Of a DNA stretch of 64,000 nucleotides, positions 23,080 to 34,509 are shown piece by piece. The position numbers and the translations under genes were made by a program. The stretch is taken from positions 3,286,001 to 3,350,000 of the forward strand of contig JBLDXI010000029.1 in assembly GCA_047495785.1 (NCBI GenBank). Reading direction: 5' to 3'. This DNA is from Lepidodermella squamata. Lineage: Eukaryota; Animalia; Gastrotricha. Numbering within the stretch: the stretch's first letter is position 1; every line of letters starts with the position of its first letter. The notes under the pieces are model-generated. The model saw only the letters and a list, made by a program, of their open reading frames with translations. It did not search any database and was not told where the DNA came from.

Positions 23080-24950
23080 TTTGTTTTCGAAAATAAAACG
23101 CTAGAGAAATATATTATACAATTGTACAAAAAAGTAGACTCAATCATAAATAATGCTTCCTAGATGCATTAGAATAGCGCGTTGCTTAAATAACAATCTA
23201 AATGGAACGCGCAAAATTGCGAGTCCCCATAAGAAAATAAGAGAAGGGATAGCAATATTTTAATCATTATGCTTTGAGCTGATGAAAATTGCTTTAAAAG
23301 CAATTTATACCCCGGTACTCTAAAAGGTAAATGGTGTTTTCGAAACTAGTGCAAAAAAGCGCCCCGGATCCTTGGCGGACCAGAGAAACCGGCCAAGTGA
23401 CCGGCCAGTGTGACTGCGATGGTCAGTATGCCTATCAGCTATCGGCTGTTATCTCTGACTTATACCTAATATGAATCATAGTTAAGTGCGATTAAAGCAC
23501 CATTTAGCGTATTTTCTCGAAGAGCAGCGCAGCCGGAAACAACAAGCAATACATAATATGAATCATAGTTAATAAAAGCATGCTTTTGTTGACTTAGCAG
23601 ATGGTGACTTTTGCACCTCGAGATTTTAACAACTTCAGAGGATGGAGAGTTACACATCTTAACCGAATCTATGTCTGAAATATTTAATTATTTTCAAATA
23701 CCGTAAAAACCAAAATTGGGTGCCGTGGTTTTATAGTTTCAAACCAAGAAAAAAGTGAGGTACAATTGTAGGCTGTGTTATCATTTACTTGAATCTATCG
23801 TCATGGAAAAAAATTTGTAAATGAAACAACAGTCACATGTCCTCTTCGTAGAGATCGTGTTCATTTTTTACAATTTTTCCAGCCACATTCTTTGCTGAGG
23901 TTTCAGCTTCGACGCTTTCAGGAATGCTTTCCACGGAAGAGGAGGGTGTGATGAAAAGTTCAAGATGAAAGAAATGAAACTCGTAATGTTTTAGGTTGTT
24001 CTTGACGAGAAATTATGACAACTCATCTCAAATAACAGGCATTTACCAGATCAGATTTGAGCTTCGCATCAACTTAATTGAATGATTGCTAGAACTAACT
24101 CGGAATTAGTAATTTTCAGTCATGCGACAAGTGCAACATATTTATTAAGAAACCAATACACTAATTTAGGCCTGAGATATTATAATTTCAATCATCGCTC
24201 AGACTGGGGCTTAAACCAGGCGAGGCACTATTATAAACAACCTAGGACTCAATTTCGGTTTTTACGGTATTTCGATGAAATTTATTTCCTAATGCTCCTC
24301 TCGAAGAACTCGTTTTCATTAAAATTAACAGCATATCAGCATTTTTCTAACTTGACCACGTCGATTTAGCGCACTCGCCGTGGGCGCGGTATGCCGCGCC
24401 ACGCGCTTTTGTTCTGGGCCGCGCACTTCTGAAAACGTCGGAGAGAGAACAATATAAACATCAGACGAAATTCGCCGCACTTCGGAACTGTTAAGGCATC
24501 CGAAGTTAAGCGCATGGGTTCCGAAGTTCGGATACACCCGTCCGAACCGAAGCGCCGTTCGAAGTGTTTATAAATCCAGCATTAGTCAAAGATTGCCAGA
24601 AATCAAGTACATTTCTACGGAAAATCAGATTTGAAGATGTTCCACAAAACCCGCTTCCCGCTCCAAAACCACCTCTCAAAATTTACGAAGTATGGAACTA
24701 AATGTTCATTTTCTCGTCCAATCCGGCCAAGCTGGAGGGGATGATACTCCCCATACCCCTTGAAAGTCTGGATCGTGGGTCGCACACTGTTCGAGAGCGT
24801 GCTTCGTGCCTTCCGCCTACTCCAAGATACCGAAGATGCGATAAGATAATATTTCACACATGGATTGACCACAGATAAGAAAGATTCAACCATGACAAAT
24901 TAAGATACATCCTAATTATTAGCTTCAAGTAATCATAGATTCAACCAGAA

Positions 24951-26488
24951 ATGGCCTGGTTAGCTTTCACGACTTTGACGATATTTATCTCTTTGACAGG
25001 TAAGACAGATCGAGATACTTCGTGATGGAGGTTTTGATGTAATGAAAATGCTTAGGTGTACCTAGAACTACACGGGGAAAAAACCCATGAATTCATGTGG
25101 CAATTTTGGCTTATTATTAGTTTCTAACTTCCATGAATTCATGGCCTGGGGGTACCCTAATTCATGGATTTTTTGAAAACAATTGAATTCACGGGTTTTT
25201 TATCTTTTAAAATCGATGCCCATGAATTCAATTAAAATAACTTTCAATTAGTAAAATTGCGATTTATTTTATTAATTTATATTAATTAAGATTTTTTTGT
25301 TTTCTTAAAAATTATATATTTTTATAACCGGATATACCGATCTTGATTTGCCAATGCCCATAAAGAAACCCACATCCAAGGCATTCCATTGGCATCCAGG
25401 ATCCAGGTGCCCGTCTCGGCTAACGAGTACTGAATACCTGGAGTCCTAGGTGCATGGTATCACTTTATTGATAGTAGAAAAAAATAATAAGTTGAACGCG
25501 ATTTCAAAAACGTAGTGGTTCTAGGATGGGACTTGATTCATCCTCACAGCTCATTTGCAATTTGCATATGCACAACTTTTTTTGCCTAATTAACAATATA
25601 AAAACTAATTAATTGTTGGAGCCCTGAATTCGCCAGCATGGATTAAGTTATTTTAAATGTTTCAATAAAAAATTCATGCGCATGAAAATTTTGCTAAAAA
25701 GTGTAATTGAATTCATGGGACGACACTTAATTCATGTGGCAGGTCGATGAATTCATGGGGTTTTTTTTCCCGTGTAGAAATTGAGTGCTTGACAAGTAAT
25801 TGTATTGAGTCCTTCCATTCTTTTTCCAGTTTCTCAAGCCGATGATTCTTTGGTTGGTTTCTGGCCACTTACCAGCCAGACCTATGTGAATGAAATCAGC
25901 CGCGGTTTGACTCCTTCGGCAATCTATTATCCTCTTTTGGACAAGTATGCCGGCCCTTTCGGTGAGATTAACACAGCCTACACCGTCAGCAACCCCACCG
26001 GTCGCTTAGCCACCTATAACGACATTTCACTGCCCAGCCCAGACTTCACAATTTCATTCTTCGTGAAAACAATTGATGAGACTCAATTTACTATTCTGAG
26101 TTTTTACGAGAATTCAACTTCCTTCTTCCGCGTGGTTTTCCATCCGCCAAATTTAATCGGCTTCCAGGGTATACCGACTGACACTAGGTTCCCTGTTATG
26201 CTGAACGGCACCAACCATTGGAACTTCATTTCAATCGTCTACTCGAGCTCTACGGGCTTTGTCGAAATGCATGGCGAAGATGGTTCGATGTTTTCGTTCG
26301 CGAAAGCCCTATTGCAGGTTCCTGCCTTGAATCCATCCACCTCTTCCTTTTCAATGGGCGGTGATGCCTCAAGTCAATTTGACATGACAAACTTAGATTC
26401 GCTTGCATGTATTACTCTTCATTCAAAAGCTTTAGCTGACAGCGAAATCGCCCAATTGACGAGCAATTGTAAGGCCGTTCAGCCTTGA
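24951..26488 (+). CDS. Secreted LamG/concanavalin-A-like (pentraxin-like fold) protein 1; exons 24951-24999, 25830-26488
   Basis: Signal peptide MAWLAFTTLTIFISLTVSQA; motifs LVGFWPL, FTISFFVKT, WNFISIVY and ITLHSKALADSEIAQL typical of LamG-like jellyrolls. Confidence 0.8.
25071..25774. mobile_element. MITE with CAC...GTG ends and TA TSD (in the LamG gene 1 intron)
   Basis: TIR CACGGG(G)AAAAAA..CCCATGAATTCAT and its inverse, TA on both sides, repeated ATGAATTCAT palindromes. Confidence 0.85.
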
Positions 26489-26651
26489 AACTGATTGAGC
26501 TGATTTCTTGAAAATTAATAAAAATATTAAGGACTGAGACTGAATGACAAGCTAATAGCTAATACAGGTAGGATCGTTGAGCTGGGGGTTACGGCAAGCA
26601 ACCCCAAGCAGTGTAGTACTTGGCTTACTGATATGTTCCTCGAACTGTATT

Positions 26652-26966
26652 TGTAACCGGTGTAAGTTCTGCGACGCTGATCCTTTGGTGTGGACTTCGA
26701 TCAACGTGCATATATTAAGTACGCACTTGGTAGCCGACCCTGCTCCACACAGAAACACGTTCGTGCCAATAACGCCCTCGTTGAATATTGATCAGAGACC
26801 TTTGGACTTTCGAGGATATATAAACCTTCGTGCTTTGACGGATAATTACCTGATATATCTGATCGTTACCTGATAGTAACCCTTTGTTATCTCGTCAGCT
26901 CAGTTGAATAATAAAGCTGTGAGTTGTGGAATCTGCCGTCTCTTACCAGATTAGAACCCCGTTACA
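26652..26966 (+). mobile_element. Solo LTR (Gypsy-like), 315 bp
   Basis: TGTAAC...GTTACA termini, 4-bp TSD TATT on both sides, internal TATATAAA (~26817) and AATAAA (~26910). Confidence 0.85.
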
Positions 26967-27296
26967 TATTCTCGGACCCTTTATTGATTCGTCAATTTTT
27001 ATATCAATTTCTTTCAGAGCAGAAAAGGCGATAGGGCTAAAATTCTTAGATCAAATAGGCTCAAGGTCAAGTTTTGAAAGTGATTTCCGTAAATAATGAT
27101 GAATCACCATTCGATTTGAACGCTAAGCAGAAAAACTATAGATAACCTAGATAACAATCAAATGGAAGGAAGCAACGGGGCGATAAGGAAAAAAACAAGA
27201 TACCCAGCAAGAAAAAAAGCTTATCTATATATTATGTTAGGTCTCGGCGGTATTCAGTACTTCGTACTTCTTACCTAAATCAACATCGGCTTCAGG

Positions 27297-28197
27297 ATGG
27301 CCTCGATTATTTCCGTTATTCTGGCTCTGTTTGTCTCCATTTCAGGTATGAATCGAATTTGATTTCAAAACTAGGCGAATAAAAGGTAGAGTAGTTATTC
27401 TAATGATAAGGGATAAGGGATGAACGCCTTTTTAAATTCGTAGGTACTGGGATTTGAACATTTTCGGGCGAATAGAAGTTGAAATATGATGATAGAAATG
27501 ATGTCTTAAACGAACAGCCGTTTTTCTTTCTTCAGTTTCTTTCGCCGATGATTCACTTGTTGGTTTCTGGCCACTAACCAGCCAGACTTACGTGAACGAG
27601 ATCAGCCGCAGCCTAGCTCCAAGCAGCGTCTACCAGCCTTTCTTAGACACAAAACCAGGCCCTTTTGGCCAGCCAAACACCGCATACACCACGACTACGG
27701 TTGTAACGCAGGGTCGTTTAGCTGGCTTTAATGACATCCAGTTGCCCACTCCTGATTTTAGCTTCTCATTCTTCGTGCGAACAACTGACACGAGGATATT
27801 TACGATTGCAAGTTTTTACGTTGACGCCTCGGCACATCTACGGGTTGTTTACTACCCTCCAAATCTGATCTCGCTCGACGGATCACCGAAAATTGTCAGA
27901 TTTCCGATTCTATCCAATACGACGGAATGGAATTTCATTTCCCTTGTCTACACTAATTCCACCGGGTTCGTTGAGGCTTATGGCCAGGATGGGTCTATGT
28001 TTCCATTTGCGAAGTTGCGACTACAAATTCCGGCGATGGATCCATCTAAAACAGCATTTTACATGGGCGGTGACATTGGCGACTCAGTTGACATGTCTAG
28101 TTCGAATTCGCTGGCTTGTGTCACGCTGCACTCGAAAGCCCTCGTTCCGAATGAAATCGTTCAACTAACGAGTGCTTGCAAGGCGGTACAGCCTTAA
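27297..28197 (+). CDS. Secreted LamG/ConA-like protein 2; exons 27297-27345, 27536-28197
   Basis: Close paralog of 24951-26488 with the same phase-1 intron after the signal-peptide exon. Confidence 0.8.
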
Positions 28198-28439
28198 ACA
28201 GCTAGAAATGATAAGTCAAAATAAAAAATAAAAATAAAAAATGAAAAATAAAATGAGTAGCGGTGGGGATTTGATCGCCTGCTGTGCGTTCCCCAGCAAA
28301 AATAAAGTTGTGTGCACACTCGTGAAAATTACATCGCGCAATTGCGCCCACGTGGCCACGTGGTTTTTTGCACGCAATGAAGTGCTGCAATTTTTATTGC
28401 TAGGTCAGTCGCTTTTTGGACGAGAATTCTCACCACACC

Positions 28440-29216
28440 ATGCACTCACTTAGTGTTGCCCTGTTGCTAGTTACTGCCACTGGGCAATTGTTGGCTGGCA
28501 ATCATTCAGAGATCGTGCTAATCAAAAACCGAAACATAGGCACTACAGTTAGCCCTTCGATCGCGAATTCTTCTACTACAGTCAAAGCCCAGCATGTCCA
28601 GCAGGATAAGGACAGCACAGACCTGGCGCCGAAAGGTGAAGCAGCCAAATACGTCTCTTATTTCCTGTTCGCCGCTGTTGGAATCGGCGCTGTTTTCATC
28701 ATCGGCGGATTTTTCTTCAACCGAACTCTGGATGGTGCGCTTGAATGCTGCGTTCGTCAGGTTAATCAACACCCATCCAACAATGAGGTGTTCTTCCTAC
28801 CCAACATCAACCTCCGTCATCAACGCAACATCCGGCGATTTCGATCTGAAGCAGGGCTATCCCGCCTGCCTATCCACAAAAAACCGGCGAAACAACACCG
28901 AATTTTGGTGCCTGTCAGACGTCAAGATGTTGTTGCTGAGGCCGAACAGCCTTGTTCTCATGGAATTGCCTTATCCACGATTGTCGAAGCCACGGATTCT
29001 CGTTACATCAGTTCTTTCAGCGAATTATCAAGTGATGAATCTTCAATCTCAATGGTGTCAAACATAGACAATGATGGTTGTCATTGTCTATGGTGTCAAA
29101 CCTCTACCGTGTCAAGACTTCAAGCTCGGTTTAGTGACATTTTCAAAGCAAAAACACTGCGTTATTCTGCCATAATAAATCTATTGTGCATCCATTCTCA
29201 TTGTATTTTTTTTTAG
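28440..29216 (+). CDS. Type I single-pass membrane protein, unknown function
   Basis: Signal peptide MHSLSVALLLVTATGQLLAG, TM segment YVSYFLFAAVGIGAVFIIGGFFF, Ser-rich cytoplasmic tail. The 3' end is uncertain (possible intron from ~29129). Confidence 0.6.
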   Translation: MHSLSVALLLVTATGQLLAGNHSEIVLIKNRNIGTTVSPSIANSSTTVKAQHVQQDKDSTDLAPKGEAAKYVSYFLFAAVGIGAVFIIGGFFFNRTLDGALECCVRQVNQHPSNNEVFFLPNINLRHQRNIRRFRSEAGLSRLPIHKKPAKQHRILVPVRRQDVVAEAEQPCSHGIALSTIVEATDSRYISSFSELSSDESSISMVSNIDNDGCHCLWCQTSTVSRLQARFSDIFKAKTLRYSAIINLLCIHSHCIFF

Positions 29217-29549
29217 AATTTAAAGTAATGATAGGCCTCGACGTAGCAGATGCGCATGACTGTTGGAATGGCTCGAGCTTCCGGTCCACCGTATCGATCC
29301 AGGCACTTCTCCAGCCTGCGGGAGCGATTCGAGTTGAAAACCTTCTCATACAACCTTGTTAGAGTTTCTCGGATTCCAAGGTAAGAAATTCGCATGGCTG
29401 AAATAAATTAGAAAATTAGAAAATTATGTCTAAAAATAAAACAGTGCTTTCTGCTTACCGTTATTTTTCTGATTCTCCTGGTCCATTGCTCGGCTGGCGG
29501 CATTCGAGACGAGAAAACAAAAAATCACTAAAATAATTGGGGAAAACAT
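29213..29549 (-). CDS. 91-aa secreted prepropeptide; exons 29549-29459, 29397-29213
   Basis: Signal peptide MFSPIILVIFCFLVSNAAS, phase-1 GT-AG intron, furin site RSRR followed by a 33-aa peptide with 2 Cys. Confidence 0.7.
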
Positions 29550-29748
29550 TTTCAAACAGTGAATCAAAATAGTCGCTTCCTGTTTTGACCCATGAGTAAT
29601 GTTGATATTTTCGCATCGTAATCTCGCTCTCAGCTTATCAGCAGCAACTCATTTGAGGGCAATTTATCTTTTTTTACCCCCCCCCACATTACCTTAGCAC
29701 AGTGCTAATTACTGTCGGGAAAAATACTTCGGCTGGACGCAGTCAATC

Positions 29749-30453
29749 ATGTTGCTTGTAAAATTTGTTGTCTTAATGTCTCTTTCGATCGATTTATCTC
29801 AATGCGCGGGTAATTTGATCGCGTTCTGGCCTCTAAACAAGGCATACAAGCTTCAGGAAATTTCATGGGACAGACCGACATCAGGTTTACATAATCCGTT
29901 ACTCAACTCAGAAACGAATGGACCATTCGGAAAACCTGATACGTCTTACACTGTAACTTGCGCTGGTTGCACTATGGCGCACTATCCCGTCGGGTTACCT
30001 GAAACATTTACCATCTCGTTCTATTTGAGAACCTCTTGCCAGAAGGAAGCAACGTTTATTGGTTTCAAAGACAAGGAAAACAAAGTTGAAATCGGGTGTG
30101 TGCCTCCAAATTTGCTGGAAATCACAGGCTCTGCAAATGGAAAAATCGTTCGCTTCCCGGTTATTCAAACGGATACGATGCAGTTTTTGGCTATTACCTA
30201 CGATGAGGATTCGTATTTAGCGGTTCATGATTCAACGGGTGAAATAATCAAATTCGCAGCCGCGTCCAATGTTCAATTACCACTGTTTAATAACACTGTG
30301 ACCGATGTAGACTCGTTTAGTCTAGGCGGCATTGACAGTATGATGCAAATGTCTGACGCGATAGCTTGCGTTATGATCTACGACAAAGTGCTTAGCAACG
30401 ATGATATTGCCGAGTTACCCCGAGCCTGCCAAAAAGTGCAGCCCAGGTCTTGA
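29749..30453 (+). CDS. Secreted LamG/ConA-like protein 3 (single exon)
   Basis: Signal peptide; LIAFWPL, GPFG, FTISFYLRT and CVMIYDKVLSNDDIAEL; more diverged paralog. Confidence 0.8.
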   Translation: MLLVKFVVLMSLSIDLSQCAGNLIAFWPLNKAYKLQEISWDRPTSGLHNPLLNSETNGPFGKPDTSYTVTCAGCTMAHYPVGLPETFTISFYLRTSCQKEATFIGFKDKENKVEIGCVPPNLLEITGSANGKIVRFPVIQTDTMQFLAITYDEDSYLAVHDSTGEIIKFAAASNVQLPLFNNTVTDVDSFSLGGIDSMMQMSDAIACVMIYDKVLSNDDIAELPRACQKVQPRS

Positions 30454-31157
30454 AATAAAGCGATATTTTGAAGAAGAATTCCGATTTTCGAACGGTCCCA
30501 TATAATTCTAGAATTTTTATATTAATTACATGGTACCCTCGGCTATAGGGAACGATTTTCTACTCGCAAATTCTGATTCAAGGGAGACGTGAAACCCGGA
30601 AAACTTTTTTTAGGGAAATCTAGCGCGAACCTCAAATTTAGTGCTGGGGCCCTAGAATTCCGAGTGTCCACTTGTCAAATCCATCCTAATTCTTCATAAA
30701 TGAAAGACGTAGCTGTTGAAATGCTGATTACAACTGATGTCTGATTGTCCTAACGATAAGATAGCTTGTCTAGTTATAGCTCAGACTGAGATACGTGACA
30801 CATAGGCTTGTCTTTTGCATAATTGTAATTTAGGTAGTATCGTGATGTATGACTTACTTTTTAGGGTTATTATTGCTATACTAATAAAGGAATTAATGTA
30901 ATTGCGATATATGAGCCAGCATGCAACAACAGCATGCTTCTCGCATAAATTATACGCACGTTTGAGCATATGTATGTAGCACGTTCCTCATCGATCGCCT
31001 AATAATCTGAGCCATTTCCTTTTAAAAATATTCATGTTTGCATGTAAATGCTTGCCGTAGTAGCAAGAAGTCACTGCAGAAAATCAAAGCTAAAGCTGGC
31101 TTTGATTTTTCGATACTAACGCCGATTTTCACGCGTTTTTTTGAATAGGGTTTAAAA

Positions 31158-31367
31158 ATGGACATGTTTCCTTCCCTCGACGTCGCGATGGTGCTATTAT
31201 TCAATGCAGCCCTTTATGTCGGCTATGGTCTTTACCTATCAGTAATCCTATATCGACGGCTCAGTAAAGTTAGCCGGCTTGAAAGGACGGCAGCTCGTGA
31301 GGTTGATGGCCGGTTATCGGAAATACCATACAGCAGTATAAGTGATCACATGGATCAAATAGCATAA
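31158..31367 (+). CDS. 69-aa single-pass membrane microprotein
   Basis: AAAATG start, long hydrophobic helix; shares FN..(x)..GYG.YL with 33009-33212. Confidence 0.55.
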   Translation: MDMFPSLDVAMVLLFNAALYVGYGLYLSVILYRRLSKVSRLERTAAREVDGRLSEIPYSSISDHMDQIA

Positions 31368-31466
31368 TTAAACAATTTATGTTGTGCCTTTTACTCGATG
31401 CTTTCTACCATGACAAAAGTATCTACCTTTCAGATTTTTTTATATTAAAAATAAAATCAACAAATT

Positions 31467-32141
31467 TCATGGAATTATCCGAGTGTGGAAGGATAGTGTG
31501 AATCGAATAGCACAGACCGATTTATCAGTGATTAGAGATCCTCCCGTAGCACAGACCATTCCGTTTTCTCGACATTGGCTGCTGCTAGTACATGAGCAGT
31601 ACATACCCTTCTTTAACCCACAAAAACCTGGCTGATCCGCTTTTTTTCCTGTCCGCAAGCAGCAAATACCCCGACCGCAGTCGCCATCGCTCATACAAAC
31701 TGTCCTAAAAAATTATAAAAATTAAGGTGGATTTTTTTTAATTTTTCCATCTTACCTGCAGCATTTTGAGGCAGGGGGTCTACAAATCGTTCCGGCGTAA
31801 GCCACGTTTTGGCAGCACCAGTCATCAGGGCAGTCTGCATCCCGTTTGCAGGCGATATCCTCCGGGCAAGCTTGATTGCCGTCCTGATAGCCGAACCGGC
31901 ACTGGCCATCGCCGCAGCATCTGCCCTTTAGAATCGTTTGCGGGACGTGGCATTGCTTGTTCAATGGGCCCATCATCGATAGAGTGCTATTCGGGTTCGA
32001 GGAGCAGCTGTTTTAAGATTGAATATTGAATTGAATATGAAGAGGATGAATTTACTTTACAACTGGAAGATCAACCTGAAGAGATCCTTGGAAAGTCTGA
32101 GCTATAGTCAGCAAAACAAAAAAATCGAGTTTCCGAGGCAT
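31467..32141 (-). CDS. Secreted Cys-rich protein with Dickkopf-N/colipase-like repeats; exons ~32141-32056, 32007-31756, 31704-31467
   Basis: Signal-like N-terminus; two C..D.DC....CC modules (CKRDADCPDDWCC, CMSDGDCGRGICC). The first donor site is uncertain. Confidence 0.7.
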
Positions 32142-33008
32142 TTCTCTTTGTTAATTCAATGAGATTAGCGAGAAATTTCGCCATGAGTCAGGGGTTTAAA
32201 GGTTTTCGTGAAAAAAACTTCAGAACGAGTGGGCTGAGTAACCTGCTTGAATGAGTGCATATTGCTTTTGGTTGCTGTTGTAGTTTACGCTGCATACAAA
32301 TGAAGCGAGGCCATATTAACATCAAGTGACCTACACGCTAATAGCTGGCTCGTTTTTTGATCCACTGTAAGCGAGATTTGTATGCGTTTTGGCAATTGTT
32401 TACTCAACACATTAGCTGGCCCTCTGCGTATAATTACAATTGAATAGCGGATCAGCTTTTAATGTTTGATGTCAAATGGCTCCAGCGCTTAGATCCTCGT
32501 TCCTTGAGCTATTTTACGATGAAATATTGACAGAGGATTTCTTCGTCCCTTGAGACCGGATATTATCATCTCTTATTCCTCCAAATTCTCCATCATGATT
32601 TATCCAGTTGTTCTCGATTTTTGATATTTTTGAGCCATTTTACTTGTAAGAAATTTTTTTCTGATTTGTGCATCCTCTTCCTCCCTAAATCATTTGAATT
32701 CCCCAAATATTTCATAACAAAATTCGCCTCAATTAGGACAAGGAAACAGCTTTTTGAGTTACGTACAGCGGATGCCCTCGTGATTCGTGAACAAGCAAAG
32801 TTCATTGGGCAGAGTCCGCTCAGTCACGTGGAAGAAAAATGTTGCAGAAATAGTTTCTTACTTCATCCAGACGGCTAATTTCTATCATTTTTAGCATTTC
32901 GCAGCTTAGCACCTCAAAACTGAATTTGGATTTGATTGCTTGTTTTTCGTTAGGAAAGTTTATCATGTTTTCTTAAGGCTATTTATCGATTCATGCCATG
33001 GTTCGGTG

Positions 33009-33212
33009 ATGCTTCAGCCGTACGAGATTGCTGTCATTTTCGTCATTGCTTTCAACGTGGCGTTTTCGCTGGGCTACGGCACCTACCTCGGCATTTCGTT
33101 CTATTTCTCGCTGAGAAGAGACAATAAGACTAGGAAAAAGCTGGCTCAAAAACTCGCGGTCATCGAGAAAACAGATCGAGCAAACACTTTGAGCACTATC
33201 AGAACTATATAG
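33009..33212 (+). CDS. 67-aa single-pass membrane microprotein, paralog of 31158
   Basis: MLQPYEIAVIFVIAFNVAFSLGYGTYLGISFYF followed by basic residues. Confidence 0.55.
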   Translation: MLQPYEIAVIFVIAFNVAFSLGYGTYLGISFYFSLRRDNKTRKKLAQKLAVIEKTDRANTLSTIRTI

Positions 33213-33301
33213 TCCAATAATCTAATATAGCTTTCCCCTGTAATATAATTATCTGCTCAATGCTTTCTCCAATTTTTCAATTCGAGTAAAAATTACGTAA
33301 T

Positions 33302-34382
33302 TTATTTGATGGACTTGATTATATGAGGAGTTTTTCGGTTCTGGTTCACATAATTCCCGATTGACATGTATTTCAGCGAATCATGCCTTTTCCACCAGGT
33401 CTCGCTGAAATATTTCTTGAACCCCTTCTCGCGCAGCTTTTCAATCATAGCATTTCCATACTTCTCAAGCCGGTCCAAGTCATGGTTGAACGCTTCGTCA
33501 CTTATCATATGCCATTCAACCAATAGATAACCGACGTAGTCGAGAGCTCCGTCGCTTAACGCCCTACTTAAGGACACCCATTCATCGCCTTCAACGTCCA
33601 TCTTCAGAACAGTTACATAGCTATGGTTGAGCATTTTCATGATTTCAGCCAGTGAATATGTATCCGGTTTACGATTTCCCTCCTCCTCGCCTGTTATGCC
33701 ATAGTGGTGGAATCGGACCCCATTCGGCCGCACGGCTACGTCATTCATTGTCATGTCGAAGGCATGAACGGTACAACCGCGAAGAGCCATATCGTCGTCG
33801 AAAGCATAGTCATAATTTACCCTGGAAAAAACCCGAGATTACAACGAAAAATCGAGGAATTTGGTGAAAATACCCGAATGAATAGACAATGCAAGGCTCG
33901 TCCTTAGGAAATTGGTCCATGCACACTTGATAGGTTTTATGACCTCCAGGCTCATCAATTCCCATAGGTTGTAAAAACGAGCATGTAATATCCTCTATAC
34001 TAGTAACTTTTCTGGGAATCTCAAACTATGAAAAATACAGTGGCTGTGGCTGTTTCAAAATTTACCGAACTAGACTGAAATATCGCTCAAGGTAGAGAGG
34101 CGAGTTTGAGAATGGATTAAACTTCCTTGACTCGTCACACGTATCAAAGCTGGAATATCGAGGAAAAATAAGGAAATTGTATGGGTTTTCGAAATTTTTT
34201 GCTTACCATTTCGGATCTGGTGTTGTGGTTGGGGTTGTTGTCTCGATTGGCACATCCTGCTTAACTCTTTGATGGGGCTTGCCCTTGATGATTAGAATGA
34301 GAGATATGACTATTATGAAGAGAGATCCAACCGCCACTCCCACTGTTTTCGGATATATTCTGAACTGGCCTACTATCAACAT
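33302..34382 (-). CDS. METTL24/FkbM-like type II membrane methyltransferase, copy 1 (4 exons)
   Basis: N-terminal TM (GVAVGSLFIIVISLILII), Thr-rich stem, CIVYSFG, YAFDDDMALRGCTVHAFD, VLKMDVEGDEW, LLVEWH. Confidence 0.8.
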
Positions 34383-34509
34383 TTTAAGTCTTGTTTCGCA
34401 CGTGTGAGCATGAAAAGACTACCTTCCTACACCAATCCTCAAATTCATTCATTTATAAGTGGATGGGATTAGTTCAAGAAATATTCTGGATTTATTTTGA
34501 ATTCCAATG

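Noticed and set aside
24338-24582. GC-rich segment with TTCGGA/TCCGAA motifs as a MITE
   Set aside because: Probably repeat-derived, but I could not define convincing TIRs or a TSD.
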